A DNA stretch of 59,914 nt from a virus (taxonomy: Duplodnaviria; Caudoviricetes). Where the stretch lies: the IMG/VR virus record IMGVR_UViG_3300034374_007566, positions 1 through 59,914 of that record. One strand, written 5' to 3'. A model generated the notes under the pieces. That model was given only the letters and a program-made list of their open reading frames with translations, made no database searches and had not been told where the DNA came from. The position numbers and the translations under genes were made by a program. Below are positions 1 through 9,386 of this stretch, one piece after another (positions within the stretch are counted from its first letter, which is position 1; every line of letters begins with the position of its first letter).

Positions 1-95
1 GCCGCAACGAGCGTGTCGCCCAAATACGCTTTCGTCGGGTAGGCGGCAGAGCCCAGCCGTAACGTCGCGTCGGTGGTGCCGAGTTTCAGGGTCAT
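1..95 (-). CDS. 5' part of tail-associated protein (runs off left edge)
   Basis: ATG at 95 overlaps the stop of 92..409; MTLKLGTTDATLRLGSAAYPTKAYLGDTLVA resembles the N-terminus of 406..2025 (MPLKLGTQDVTLKLG..AYLG). Confidence 0.8.
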   Translation of the reverse strand, partial: MTLKLGTTDATLRLGSAAYPTKAYLGDTLVA

Positions 96-409
96 GGGGT
101 TGTTGGGTCAGGGGGGAGGAGGGCGAGGGCTTCGGCCAGCGGCACTACTTCGACGGCAGGCAGCAGGATTGCCGGGTCAGACGCTGACCACATGCCATGC
201 AGCAGACCTCCAGGCATCACCTCTGTCAGCACATCGGCGTGCAGGTAAAACCGCCCGTCGGGCAGGCTGGCAGCAATCGGCCAGCAGTTTGGGCTGCCGT
301 GTGCAGCGTGCAGTTCCGAGAGCCTCTCAGCAAGCGGCTGCGGAAACACAAGGGCGTACTCCTTGCACCACTCCAAAGACACAGGAAACTCAACGTCCTC
401 CAGCGTCAT
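92..409 (-). CDS. Small partner protein of lectin-like tail protein (copy 1)
   Basis: Clear paralog of 57715..58020 (LxELHAxHGxPxC, ADxLT, ILLPAVEVVPLA); coupled to 406..2025. Confidence 0.8.
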   Translation of the reverse strand: MTLEDVEFPVSLEWCKEYALVFPQPLAERLSELHAAHGSPNCWPIAASLPDGRFYLHADVLTEVMPGGLLHGMWSASDPAILLPAVEVVPLAEALALLPPDPTTP

Positions 410-2025
410 ACAAGCGGCCTCCCTAACGCAGAAATCAACGCGGTGTAGGCAGCATCGTAGGCGGCGGCTTGCGGCTGCGTCAGCGACAGGCCAATCGAAT
501 AACCGGCCAGCGGAAATGTCACAAATGCGCCCGGCGTGCCACTGTCGTTTGCCGCCGCTACATAGAAGTTTTCAGAGATCGCCCCTGGCGTGACGCTAGA
601 GGCTAGGCTGGCAATCGACGTGCCGCCCTCGTAAACGTCTAGCGATGTGGCCCCAGACCTGTTGGCGATGTAAAGACCGGCAGCAATGGTTGCTCCCAGC
701 GTTGCCGTTTGGGCTGGACTGTTTCCTCCCCAATAGCCACGCACAACCTGATCGCCTCCGGTAGTCCAACTGACTAGCCAGTATCGGTCTGTTGTGCTGA
801 CGTTTGCACCGACAGGGATCAAGAACGCAGCAGGTGTATGCGTGCCCATCCACGCCGCAATATGACCCGTTGCTGCGGAGGGAAGATCGTCAATAGCCAA
901 CCCTGTGTCTAAGTAGGCACTGGTGTTTCCCGTTTTTACCAAGCCTACCGTCGGACTGTAGTCGCCACTGACGAATGGGCCTGCTCCTGGGTTCGTATCG
1001 GTCGCGTTTCCGTAGGTCGTCCCGCCGAACGTCGGCCCCCGGTACAGCGGCACCAGCGCGGCGTTGAGCCCCGTTCCGGCGAACAGGTTGAGCCGGTAAA
1101 AGCGGTCGCGGATGGATGCCGCGTCGATGGCGTTGCAGAAGGTGTTGACCGCCGCCGCCGTCGATTCGCTGACCGTCCCGCCGTTGGCGTACACGCGGTT
1201 CACCCAATCCTGTGCGTCGGCGTTGCTCACCTGCGGGGCGAGGGTGATGCCCCACTTGCGGGCGAGGTAGTCGATCACCCGGCCCGCGTCAGCATCACTC
1301 ACACTGCCATCGTATAGTAGCAGTTCGCCAAACGCACCGGGCAAAATCGCTGTGTTGTTTGTAAACGCGCCGACATTGATGTGCTGCGACAGTCCGTTGC
1401 TTCCAACAGTGCTGTCTACCACTGACAGCGATTTGTTGTTTACCGCGCCAGAAGAACTAGCCCCATCAAACCGAAACGCACCGACAGCGATGTCGGACGC
1501 CTTCCAGTATCCGTAAATCTGAAATGCTGTACCCGCCCAGGCTTGTGTTGTGCTGTTCACAGTGCCAGAAAGAATAGCCCGCGTGCTGCCAGCACTCCCA
1601 TCAAACAATGTGCCGATACCACTGGCGTTAGCCTTGATCGCATAGAAAGCAGTGTACGGTTGCGACAGCCCAAGGTTGCTGCCTGTCGTAGTTAGCCAAG
1701 TGGCAGGCGAGGCTGCATATTGCAATCCTTTCCGGCTGCCGATGCTTGTGATCGTCGGCCTATTCCCCGCCGTCGCCTGCGTGGCGTGTCGGTTGTTCCC
1801 TGACTTGTCGCCCCAGTAGCCCACCGGATCGCTGGTTGCGGTGGCGGGGGTGGTGCCGTCGCTGTTCTGGAACAGCGTCGAACCGTCCGCCGCGTCCAGC
1901 CAGAGGGCCAGCCCTTCAATACTCGTCGGGTCAAACGCACTCACCTCCTCCGCCCCCAGGTACGCCGTAACGTCCTGGCTGCCGAGTTTCAGCGTTACGT
2001 CCTGGGTGCCTAGTTTCAGCGGCAT
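406..2025 (-). CDS. LamG/concanavalin-A-like two-domain virion (tail/receptor-binding) protein, copy 1
   Basis: LALWLDAAD...WGDKSGNNRHATQAT...GELLLYD...YLARKWGI signature typical of phage LamG-like proteins. Confidence 0.75.
   Translation of the reverse strand: MPLKLGTQDVTLKLGSQDVTAYLGAEEVSAFDPTSIEGLALWLDAADGSTLFQNSDGTTPATATSDPVGYWGDKSGNNRHATQATAGNRPTITSIGSRKGLQYAASPATWLTTTGSNLGLSQPYTAFYAIKANASGIGTLFDGSAGSTRAILSGTVNSTTQAWAGTAFQIYGYWKASDIAVGAFRFDGASSSGAVNNKSLSVVDSTVGSNGLSQHINVGAFTNNTAILPGAFGELLLYDGSVSDADAGRVIDYLARKWGITLAPQVSNADAQDWVNRVYANGGTVSESTAAAVNTFCNAIDAASIRDRFYRLNLFAGTGLNAALVPLYRGPTFGGTTYGNATDTNPGAGPFVSGDYSPTVGLVKTGNTSAYLDTGLAIDDLPSAATGHIAAWMGTHTPAAFLIPVGANVSTTDRYWLVSWTTGGDQVVRGYWGGNSPAQTATLGATIAAGLYIANRSGATSLDVYEGGTSIASLASSVTPGAISENFYVAAANDSGTPGAFVTFPLAGYSIGLSLTQPQAAAYDAAYTALISALGRPLV
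1085..1156. repeat. 72-bp direct repeat shared with 58687..58758
   Basis: 71/72 identical by direct comparison; encodes AAVNTFCNAIDAASIRDRFYRLNL. Confidence 0.9.
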
Positions 2026-2050
2026 GACGCTAGAGCCTCTCTCTTGGGAC

Positions 2051-2422
2051 TTATCGGTCCCAGCGCTTGTCGGATGATTCGTAGAGCCGCTCCAGCGACT
2101 GGTGGGCCGGCGTGCCGGCCGAGCGGTATCGCTGGTTCATGATTTGGATTTGCTCAGGGGTTAAGGGCCTTCCTTGGGATTCCGCCGTCAACGCATCAAG
2201 CACTCCGCCGTCCACAAACTTGTCGTAGTTAATGTGGTGGTTGTCCCCTGCCTGGATGTCCGCAACCGCAATCAACGCCGCGTGCCGCGCCATGGACGGC
2301 GACCGCGCGCCCCGAACCAAACGCAGCCTGCGGATCAGATCCTCCGGTGACCGAGAAGTGCGCAGGCTGGATTCCACCGCCGCTATATCGCCCGGCGTGT
2401 ACTCGTCAGTGTAAGTTGGCAT
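2051..2422 (-). CDS. Hypothetical late protein (contains SPEDLIRRL)
   Basis: 123-aa ORF in the late operon. Confidence 0.65.
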   Translation of the reverse strand: MPTYTDEYTPGDIAAVESSLRTSRSPEDLIRRLRLVRGARSPSMARHAALIAVADIQAGDNHHINYDKFVDGGVLDALTAESQGRPLTPEQIQIMNQRYRSAGTPAHQSLERLYESSDKRWDR

Positions 2423-2431
2423 GAGGCTCTC

Positions 2432-2596
2432 TCAGGACGTAATGATGTAGAGCGTCTTGGCGTCCGGGGCCGAGAGAGCGTCGTAGTCGCTCTGGGAGAG
2501 GGTCACAATGTTGCGAATCTCCGTAGCCCCAGCGATGCCGGCGGCTACGCTTTTGACGGTGTCTTCAGAGCGAGGCGGGAATGATGGTACGGACAT
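2432..2596 (-). CDS. Small tail-fibre-associated protein (54 aa)
   Basis: Translated by hand: MSVPSFPPRSEDTVKSVAAGIAGATEIRNIVTLSQSDYDALSAPDAKTLYIITS; the SQxDYDAL..D..TLY motif is common in phage tail fibre proteins. Confidence 0.75.
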   Translation of the reverse strand: MSVPSFPPRSEDTVKSVAAGIAGATEIRNIVTLSQSDYDALSAPDAKTLYIITS

Positions 2597-2598
2597 GG

Positions 2599-2925
2599 CT
2601 AACCCTTCAGGCAGACGGTCATGGCGCAGGTGGTATTGCCTGTCACCACCGGAACGACAAACGGGAAGGCAAAGCAGGCATCAGGCACCGGGTGGGCACC
2701 CACTGTCACAGCAGTTGTCACAGCGGAGCCATCGGCGTAGATCGCCAGGGGCGTTTCGTTCTGGCCGTGGGCACCGTACCAGTCGATCTGGGTGGCACCG
2801 GCCGTGTTGCCGATCAGCACCCCAGCACCAGCCATATGAGTGAAGGCGAACCGTGGGCTCGTTGACGCAGCGGCGCTGGACGCAACGATACTGACGGTGT
2901 TCTGGAACCGGGTGATTTCGATCAT
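2599..2925 (-). CDS. Hypothetical virion protein
   Basis: 108-aa beta-rich ORF coupled to the upstream gene. Confidence 0.7.
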   Translation of the reverse strand: MIEITRFQNTVSIVASSAAASTSPRFAFTHMAGAGVLIGNTAGATQIDWYGAHGQNETPLAIYADGSAVTTAVTVGAHPVPDACFAFPFVVPVVTGNTTCAMTVCLKG

Positions 2926-3455
2926 TTGCCCTGCCTCTTCTTTGGATGTGCCTGCTTGTTGATGATCATCTCCCGCAGCTCGCCATCCTTCTTGCCAGGA
3001 TGCCGCTTGCGGTAGCGGGGCAGCTCCTCCTTAATGATTCGCTCATTCAGCACCGTCCGCTTGGGTGGCACGGGAGTCCCATGGTGGGTCACCGCACCTT
3101 CCACCGTCAGGTTGCGTTGCCTCGCTACCTTCTTAATGTCCGCCGTGGAGTCCACCCACGCCAAAGGATCACGGTGGGCCCGGCCATCGGCCAGGCCGCC
3201 CACATAGACCTTTCCGCTAGGGTCGATCCCGGCTGCACGGGCCTCCCGCAGGATGGTCTCTGCCTGCTTCTTGGGCATGTTGTCCAGCCACTGCTGGTTT
3301 AGTCGCCCCTCCATGAAGGCCCTGTCGGACCCTTTGGTCCCAGGAGGGCACTGAAGGGCGCACATCTCAGCCCATCGCTCACCGTAGGGCAGGGCCCTGC
3401 GGTAGGTTTCCTCAGCCTCCGGGCCCAGCCGGCTGATTGTCAGCGGGATTTCCAT
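2922..3455 (-). CDS. Hypothetical protein downstream of portal
   Basis: 177-aa ORF, basic C-terminus. Confidence 0.75.
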   Translation of the reverse strand: MEIPLTISRLGPEAEETYRRALPYGERWAEMCALQCPPGTKGSDRAFMEGRLNQQWLDNMPKKQAETILREARAAGIDPSGKVYVGGLADGRAHRDPLAWVDSTADIKKVARQRNLTVEGAVTHHGTPVPPKRTVLNERIIKEELPRYRKRHPGKKDGELREMIINKQAHPKKRQGK

Positions 3456-5427
3456 CTGGCGGCTCCTGCCCCGGCGGAGGTCCTGGCGGCGGCGGGGGCG
3501 GCGGCGGCACCAGGTACTTACTCACATCGATGTCCATGGCCCTCCCCCAATCCTCCAACAAGGCGTTGAACAGATTCGGCATGCCGGCCTGCATCATGCC
3601 CTGGGCCACAGGCATCATGACCTGCATGGCCTGGTTGACCTGTTCGACCTTGGTTCCCTTGTTGGGCTTCCTCGCACTGCCGGCCTCCACGCGGAAGTCA
3701 AACTCCCGCAGAAGCTGCTCTGGGTCCATGCCCTGGACGTGCATCTGCCAGGCCTGCGCAGCCAAGGGCCCAAGGAGAGGGGCAACGTCCTGGGGCTGGA
3801 CCAGCCACCTCGCCAGGAAGGCTTCCTTGCGGGCCACCTCTGACAGAGCATCCTCCAGGGTGTTGGCCATGTCGTCGGGCCTCACGGAAATCTGCTCAGC
3901 CTTCACGGCGGCCTCTGCGGCACTCCTGAACTGATTTCTGGACATGCCATAAATGAGTTCTGTCAGACCCACCCGGCGGTCGAACAGCTCCGTGACCGCG
4001 GCAACGATGTTCCACATGTCCATGGATACGCCGGGCAAGTTGAACACGCTGATGATGTCGTTGACGTTCCGGCCAATGGCTTCGGAGATTTCAACGATTT
4101 TGAAGCCTGACTCATCCGAATCCAGAATCTTGGCCTTCAGGTCGTTGTCCGCGGCCTTGGCTACGCCGATCATCGTCTGGGACGAGGTGGCGATCTTGGT
4201 CGCCATGAACGACATCGCCCAGTTGATGAACCGCAGCTCACCAATCCCCGGTTTGATCAGCGAGATGGGATAGGAGTAGCCCGGCTTTTTGAACCACTGG
4301 AGAATGGTACAAGGCCAGCCGTGGGGCTCTGCCCAGAATGGAATCGGCCACTGGCAGGAGGCGAACAGTGCAGGGGGGACGCCCGTCTCGTCCACGTCCT
4401 CTTGGAGTAGTTCCTGCGGGACGTTCAGCGGGAAGTCCACCCCCTCCGCAACGACGATGTAGCAGTATTCGCCAAGGGCATCGAACTTGCCCCTAATCTG
4501 CTGGTCGGCGTCCTTCAGCCGGTCACCAAAGCCAGTCTTGGAATAGATTTCCCAATAGGTGACCAGGTCGTTGGTCTTGCCCATCTTCTTGCGAGTCTCA
4601 TAGCCCCGCTCTTTGCGGGTGCTGCGAGAATCGTAGCTCTCGGCGTGGCCCTTCAGGTCTTCTGGGTTCAGGCCAAACTTGGCGGCCACAAAGTCCTTGG
4701 GATGACACCTCCGCCTGGCCAGCCACAGGATGTCGTCCTGACTGTCGGCGTCCGGGTCCCAGACGATGTTGTCGAAGGACTCATAGAACGAAGTAGCGAT
4801 CCGCTGGTCGGAGCCGGGAGGCTGGTACAACTCCGTGAACCAGCAACTGGCACCTTTGATCAGGGCCTCGTCCACCACCATCCGGGACTGGTCCTTCAGG
4901 TTCATCTCATTGGCTGAGTAGTTCAGGTACTCATCCATCAGCTTGGAGATGACGTTCCGCCGCTCCGAGAGGAACTGGGTCTGCTGGACCATCTGCTGGT
5001 ACATCTGCATCATGGGGTCCGGCATCATCACCGGCTGGCCATCGGGCCCCATGACTGGCTGGCCGTCCGGACCCATCTGCGGGACCGGCGGCTGCGGAAT
5101 GATCCCCAGCATCTGCGGGGCGATGATCGGATGCTGGCGGGGCGTGCAGACCCGGGACGGGTTGCGGTGGTGGATGACTGAGCCAAAGAGCCGAACGGCC
5201 TCCCAGACCCGGTTGACGGTCATCCGGAAGGCCGGCGGCGCTAGGCCCTTGACAAACCCCTTCTCGCCCCGGCTGTACTCAGATTTGAACATCCATGCGT
5301 TGTCGCCGTCATAGAAGTTCATCGCCTCTTCGGCGTCCTCCTGGAAGGGCTTTTTATGCTCCTTGGCCAGGTGAATCTTTTCTAGCCACCCCTTAACGAT
5401 GGGGCGGAGCGGGTTTGTCTCAGACAT
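3412..5427 (-). CDS. Portal protein
   Basis: 671 aa directly downstream of terminase; helical, WDPDA motif, Pro-rich C-terminus as in P22/SU10-type portals. Confidence 0.85.
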   Translation of the reverse strand: MSETNPLRPIVKGWLEKIHLAKEHKKPFQEDAEEAMNFYDGDNAWMFKSEYSRGEKGFVKGLAPPAFRMTVNRVWEAVRLFGSVIHHRNPSRVCTPRQHPIIAPQMLGIIPQPPVPQMGPDGQPVMGPDGQPVMMPDPMMQMYQQMVQQTQFLSERRNVISKLMDEYLNYSANEMNLKDQSRMVVDEALIKGASCWFTELYQPPGSDQRIATSFYESFDNIVWDPDADSQDDILWLARRRCHPKDFVAAKFGLNPEDLKGHAESYDSRSTRKERGYETRKKMGKTNDLVTYWEIYSKTGFGDRLKDADQQIRGKFDALGEYCYIVVAEGVDFPLNVPQELLQEDVDETGVPPALFASCQWPIPFWAEPHGWPCTILQWFKKPGYSYPISLIKPGIGELRFINWAMSFMATKIATSSQTMIGVAKAADNDLKAKILDSDESGFKIVEISEAIGRNVNDIISVFNLPGVSMDMWNIVAAVTELFDRRVGLTELIYGMSRNQFRSAAEAAVKAEQISVRPDDMANTLEDALSEVARKEAFLARWLVQPQDVAPLLGPLAAQAWQMHVQGMDPEQLLREFDFRVEAGSARKPNKGTKVEQVNQAMQVMMPVAQGMMQAGMPNLFNALLEDWGRAMDIDVSKYLVPPPPPPPPGPPPGQEPPDGNPADNQPAGPGG

Positions 5428-5441
5428 CGGAGTTTCCTGGG

Positions 5442-5747
5442 CTACTTCTTATTGCCCGGTGAACGCCGCTCCAGGGCCGAAAGCCGCTCGGAGAGCTGGG
5501 CAATCCGGGGGTCCCGCGGGCGGTGTTCCCAGGTGCCGAACTTCTTCCACTCCGGGTTGTCCGCCAGGCGGGGGTCATCGACGTGGTGGACAGACGGCTT
5601 TTCGACACCCCCGTACCCAGGGGACAGGGCCCACAGGTAGAGCGTGTCCCTGCCGACCTTGGCCACAAACGCCATCTGGGCCTCGGCACCCTCATGGGGG
5701 CGGAACAGGACGGTATCACCAAGACCGGCTTCAGGCATCGACCACAT
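5442..5747 (-). CDS. Hypothetical protein
   Basis: 101-aa ORF between terminase and portal. Confidence 0.75.
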   Translation of the reverse strand: MWSMPEAGLGDTVLFRPHEGAEAQMAFVAKVGRDTLYLWALSPGYGGVEKPSVHHVDDPRLADNPEWKKFGTWEHRPRDPRIAQLSERLSALERRSPGNKK

Positions 5748-5749
5748 AA

Positions 5750-7414
5750 CTAGCTCCTTGTAGGACCCAAACAGACGTAACCCTTACCATCCTCGCCCCG
5801 CCGCTTCTTTCTCTCCGCCAGCCACTTCACCCACCAGGGGTCGGCGGCCGGCGTAGACGGGGGGGCGTGGTATGACGGCTCATAGGCGCAGAGGTACTCC
5901 AAGCACTGGACGGCGTGGACTTCGCCGCGGGTGTTGGGCATGTCAGTGACGAACGCCCCGGAGTTGCTCTGGATCACTTTCTTCTTGTATCGCTTTATCT
6001 CCCGGATCAGCTCCGGGCAGGCTCCCTCCAGGAACCGCAGTTGTGTTGTTCCATCGCCCCGGATGTGGAGCATCTGCCTGACCAGGCTCGTCCTGGCGAC
6101 GATGTCATCCGATCCAGGGATGAACTGATGGCCGCCCAGTTGGAAGCGAATCTTCCGGTTTCTCAGTTGCTCTGAATACAGGTCGCACGGCAGCCGGCCG
6201 GAGCCAAGGTCTCTGAGCGTGCCGCCGTGCATGTCCATGATGGCCGCGTAGATATGCTGATCTCGCACCTTCTTGGCGAACTCCTCGCCCCAGATCAGTG
6301 CGTTAGCGTTACGGATGTACAGTTCGTCGTAGATTAGCAGGAATCGCTCGTCAGGTGGGACCGCCCCAAAGACACAAGCCATCACTGTGTGGCCGGGGTC
6401 AATCGCTACATAACGGGTCCACTCATGCGGTACGCCCCCTTCTAGGCTCATCATGTGGACTGGCGAGAAGTTGGGGTACATCAGGATGGAGTCCTGGGTG
6501 AACTCCCCCTCGGCCCGCATGCGAAGCTCGTCCACGCCCAGGGCCGACCACCGGGCGATGTTCTTCTCCTTCTCCTCCGGGTCGATGTGGTCGTTGTCCA
6601 GGAACCGATAGACAAACTTTTCGATTCTTGGAGGGTCGATGCCGTCCTCCCGCTCCTTGTCGGCTCGCTCGCACAGCCCCAGCAGGGCGTCGTTCTTGGA
6701 GTGCGGCATGGCTGACCACATTAGCCTTCCCTTGCGGTCAGCCAGGCGGGCCTGCATTTCACCCACCCAAGAGGGGTTTGATATATCTTCGTCCAGGTGG
6801 ACAAGGTCGGCCTGGAACCCCTGGGGCGGCTCACCCTCCGATGAGAAGAAGTGGACCGTCCAGCCGTTCGCCAGGACCACCCGTTGGCAGTAGCCGGCGT
6901 TCTTCAGGACCCAGGAAGTCTCTGAGACGAATCTTGGTGGCACCAACGGCGGGGCCGGCTTGGCCTCGGCCTTGCGGTCGGCATCCTTGACGGGATCGAA
7001 GGCTCGCCACTCCTTCGTCTCCTCGTCCTTAATCATTTTGAACGCCCCGGCTTTGAAGAGCATCGGGTAGCAGACCAGGCCGATGTGCGGCCAGTTCCTC
7101 CCAACAACCACCAGGTTGCCGCCCTCTTTGGGGTACTTCTCATGCGGGTCCTGGCCAGTCAGGGCACGGGCGTCTTCGACAAACGTGGAAAGGCTCTTGC
7201 CGCTTCGGTTGCCTCCAAGCACTATCCGCTCAGAGGCCGTGGAGGCGTGCATCAGCTCCTGGTGGGCCATCGGTCGATAGAGACGCAACGCCTCTATCTT
7301 CCGGCTCTTCAGCTCGCTCTGAACCTCCTTCAGGACGCTCAGGGAGTGCTGCGTGATGCCAGGGACGATAGGCGGCTTAGGAGGCTCTGGTATCTGGCGC
7401 GGGTGCTTCTTCAT
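5750..7414 (-). CDS. terL: Terminase large subunit
   Basis: Walker A GGNRSGKS, Walker B LVHLDED, RNase-H-like nuclease VAIDPG. Confidence 0.92.
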   Translation of the reverse strand: MKKHPRQIPEPPKPPIVPGITQHSLSVLKEVQSELKSRKIEALRLYRPMAHQELMHASTASERIVLGGNRSGKSLSTFVEDARALTGQDPHEKYPKEGGNLVVVGRNWPHIGLVCYPMLFKAGAFKMIKDEETKEWRAFDPVKDADRKAEAKPAPPLVPPRFVSETSWVLKNAGYCQRVVLANGWTVHFFSSEGEPPQGFQADLVHLDEDISNPSWVGEMQARLADRKGRLMWSAMPHSKNDALLGLCERADKEREDGIDPPRIEKFVYRFLDNDHIDPEEKEKNIARWSALGVDELRMRAEGEFTQDSILMYPNFSPVHMMSLEGGVPHEWTRYVAIDPGHTVMACVFGAVPPDERFLLIYDELYIRNANALIWGEEFAKKVRDQHIYAAIMDMHGGTLRDLGSGRLPCDLYSEQLRNRKIRFQLGGHQFIPGSDDIVARTSLVRQMLHIRGDGTTQLRFLEGACPELIREIKRYKKKVIQSNSGAFVTDMPNTRGEVHAVQCLEYLCAYEPSYHAPPSTPAADPWWVKWLAERKKRRGEDGKGYVCLGPTRS

Positions 7415-7907
7415 GCGGTGCCGGCAACGCCTTAATGGTGATTGCCGTCTCCAGGAGTCGATCCCTCAGCTCCTCCTCCAGCTCTTCCTCACTCCACAGG
7501 GCAAGCGGTTTCTTGGCCCCGCCAAGAGCGGTGTTGTTGGTGACCAGCCGGACGATGGTCTCCAACTGCTTAGTTCGATGCGCCCCCCCTGGGGGTGAGT
7601 CGTAATACTGCTTCATGAAGAGGTTGGCAAAGCCCCGGACGCCCCCGGTGTACTCCAGGAGCGTCTCCAAAAGTTCCGCGGCATGCGGGATGTTCGCACC
7701 GCCAAGACGAGCCACCTGGCAGAACGTATCGACCGCATCGGCTTCGATCTTGTCTAGGCGTTCGTCCTTCTTCCGCTTGCGGCGTTTCTTCTCATACTCG
7801 CTGCGGCACTTCTTGCACTGACTGTGCCTGCGGCCATCAGAGGCCACATGGAACGCATGAAGGGGCAGGACCTTCTGGCACTTAACGCACTGCTTAGTAG
7901 ATGACAT
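7377..7907 (-). CDS. Probable terminase small subunit with N-terminal Zn-finger
   Basis: CVKC..CKKC, immediately upstream of terL, C-terminal SEEELEEEL helix. Confidence 0.6.
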   Translation of the reverse strand: MSSTKQCVKCQKVLPLHAFHVASDGRRHSQCKKCRSEYEKKRRKRKKDERLDKIEADAVDTFCQVARLGGANIPHAAELLETLLEYTGGVRGFANLFMKQYYDSPPGGAHRTKQLETIVRLVTNNTALGGAKKPLALWSEEELEEELRDRLLETAITIKALPAPHEEAPAPDTRAS

Positions 7908-9321
7908 CGTCAGCAAGGGCGAGGTCTAGCCTCGCCTTCCATACGTTCCCTTCGACCGTGTAGACCAGTTCGCTGTCCTGCACGGCCTGGCGGACTCCCT
8001 TAAACACATAGTAGTCATGGCCTGCCAGCAAGTGCTTGGCCTTGGGCCGCCACGCCTTGATGTCCGCCTCCACCGACTCCCGGTCATGCTCAGCGTCGAT
8101 GTAGACAATGTCGAACGCCCCGTCCGGGAACGTGCCGGCTACTTCCGGGGAGCGACCCACTGCGTGCGTGATGTCATAGCCCGCGGTGTTGCGGAGGAAG
8201 ACTTCCAGCGGCGTGCCGCGGGATTTGTCGTAAGCCTTGCACCCGTCGTCGTTCTTGGAGCCTTCCCAGGTATCAACGCAGGTGACCCTGGCCCCTGCCC
8301 TGGCCATGACGATGGCACTCCTGCCGGCCCAGGAGCCTACTTCACACACCGTGGGTGCGCGGCCATGCTCACGCAAGAAGTCCTGGATCAGGTTTCCCAA
8401 CGCCATGGCGTCCACGGCAGGCAAATCCATGCCCATGCCATCAAAGTCCTGGAGCTTGGCAAGCTTGTCCGCTACGGGGGAGCGGAAGTCCACCAGTTTG
8501 GTGTCATGTTCGTAGCCAGACTCCAAGGACGCCCGCATCTTGGCGCTCACGTCCGATGCAGCCATCACAACCGGCTTGCCAACGCACTTCGGCTTCCAAT
8601 GGCCAGCCCAGGCGTCCCAGTTGCAGTACACCGGGTTGTAGCCCAGCTTCTGAGTGCCAACCAAAGACAGGTCCCTAGTCATGGTCACGTCTTCTGTGGA
8701 GGCCTTCTCGGCACAGAAGCGGTCCTTCCACTCATAATAGAACCATGGCTTGTCTTCCGCAGTCCTGGGCTCCGTGAGTTCAAATGCTCTCATGTCGTAC
8801 ATGATAAGCCCGGTAGGCAGGGCGGCACATTCCTGGATGCCGGCCATCTTCACGGCCGTGTGCCGGTCGTACATCTCCAACTGGAAGTCCGGATTGGGGT
8901 TTTCGGACTGGAGGTTGTTCCACCGGAACACATAGACACACTCCACCGGAGGCGGGCCGCAGTACGGGGCACCAATCACGCACGGACCCTTGTGGTAGTG
9001 ATCAACCAAGAAGTCGAAGGAGGTAGGAAAGAACTCCCTGGCGTCTGGGTGGTCGGCGTGGATGTCCGGCTTCATGTCGCTGTCCACCATCACCAGGACA
9101 TCCAGGCCGTACTCCCTGGCCTGGATGACTGCCCGGTTGCGGGTCATGGTGATCGGCGTGTCCGCCAGATTCCAGACACGCACGCCGTCAACGCGGGGGT
9201 CCTTGACCGCCTTGTTGACCAGCGGAATCATCCACTCACGGATGTCCGGGACCTCAGACGAGATTCCGCCGTTGCCGCCATACGAAAAGGTGACAATGCC
9301 GACCTTGAACTTCTGCTGCAC
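7894..9321 (-). CDS. Glycosyltransferase (GT-A fold) / class I SAM methyltransferase fusion
   Basis: N-terminal TRN..DSDM..TGL..EDV motifs; C-terminal EVGSWAGRS, VDTW, DIVYIDAEH, AGHDY (Methyltransf_24-like). Confidence 0.85.
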   Translation of the reverse strand: MQQKFKVGIVTFSYGGNGGISSEVPDIREWMIPLVNKAVKDPRVDGVRVWNLADTPITMTRNRAVIQAREYGLDVLVMVDSDMKPDIHADHPDAREFFPTSFDFLVDHYHKGPCVIGAPYCGPPPVECVYVFRWNNLQSENPNPDFQLEMYDRHTAVKMAGIQECAALPTGLIMYDMRAFELTEPRTAEDKPWFYYEWKDRFCAEKASTEDVTMTRDLSLVGTQKLGYNPVYCNWDAWAGHWKPKCVGKPVVMAASDVSAKMRASLESGYEHDTKLVDFRSPVADKLAKLQDFDGMGMDLPAVDAMALGNLIQDFLREHGRAPTVCEVGSWAGRSAIVMARAGARVTCVDTWEGSKNDDGCKAYDKSRGTPLEVFLRNTAGYDITHAVGRSPEVAGTFPDGAFDIVYIDAEHDRESVEADIKAWRPKAKHLLAGHDYYVFKGVRQAVQDSELVYTVEGNVWKARLDLALADDVIY

Positions 9322-9386
9322 GGGGAACTCCTGAAGCTAGGGGGGGTGTACAGGTAGCCAGTATACCAAAGCCAGCCGCCGGCGCG

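Noticed and set aside
406-2025. Diversity-generating retroelement TR/VR pair (72-bp repeat)
   Set aside because: No reverse transcriptase; both copies are mid-gene with only one synonymous mismatch
5025-5080. Tandem MGPDGQPV repeat in the portal gene
   Set aside because: Ordinary low-complexity loop expansion in a portal protein
9336-9351. GCTAGGGGG(GG)TGTA shared with 13496..13508
   Set aside because: Only two copies upstream of late genes; too few to call a regulatory motif
8017-9357. 446-aa plus-strand ORF and similar long antisense ORFs (11473..12507, 29246..30631, 39540..40475, 40923..41945, 49584..50537)
   Set aside because: Shadows of well-supported genes on the opposite strand; expected at high GC
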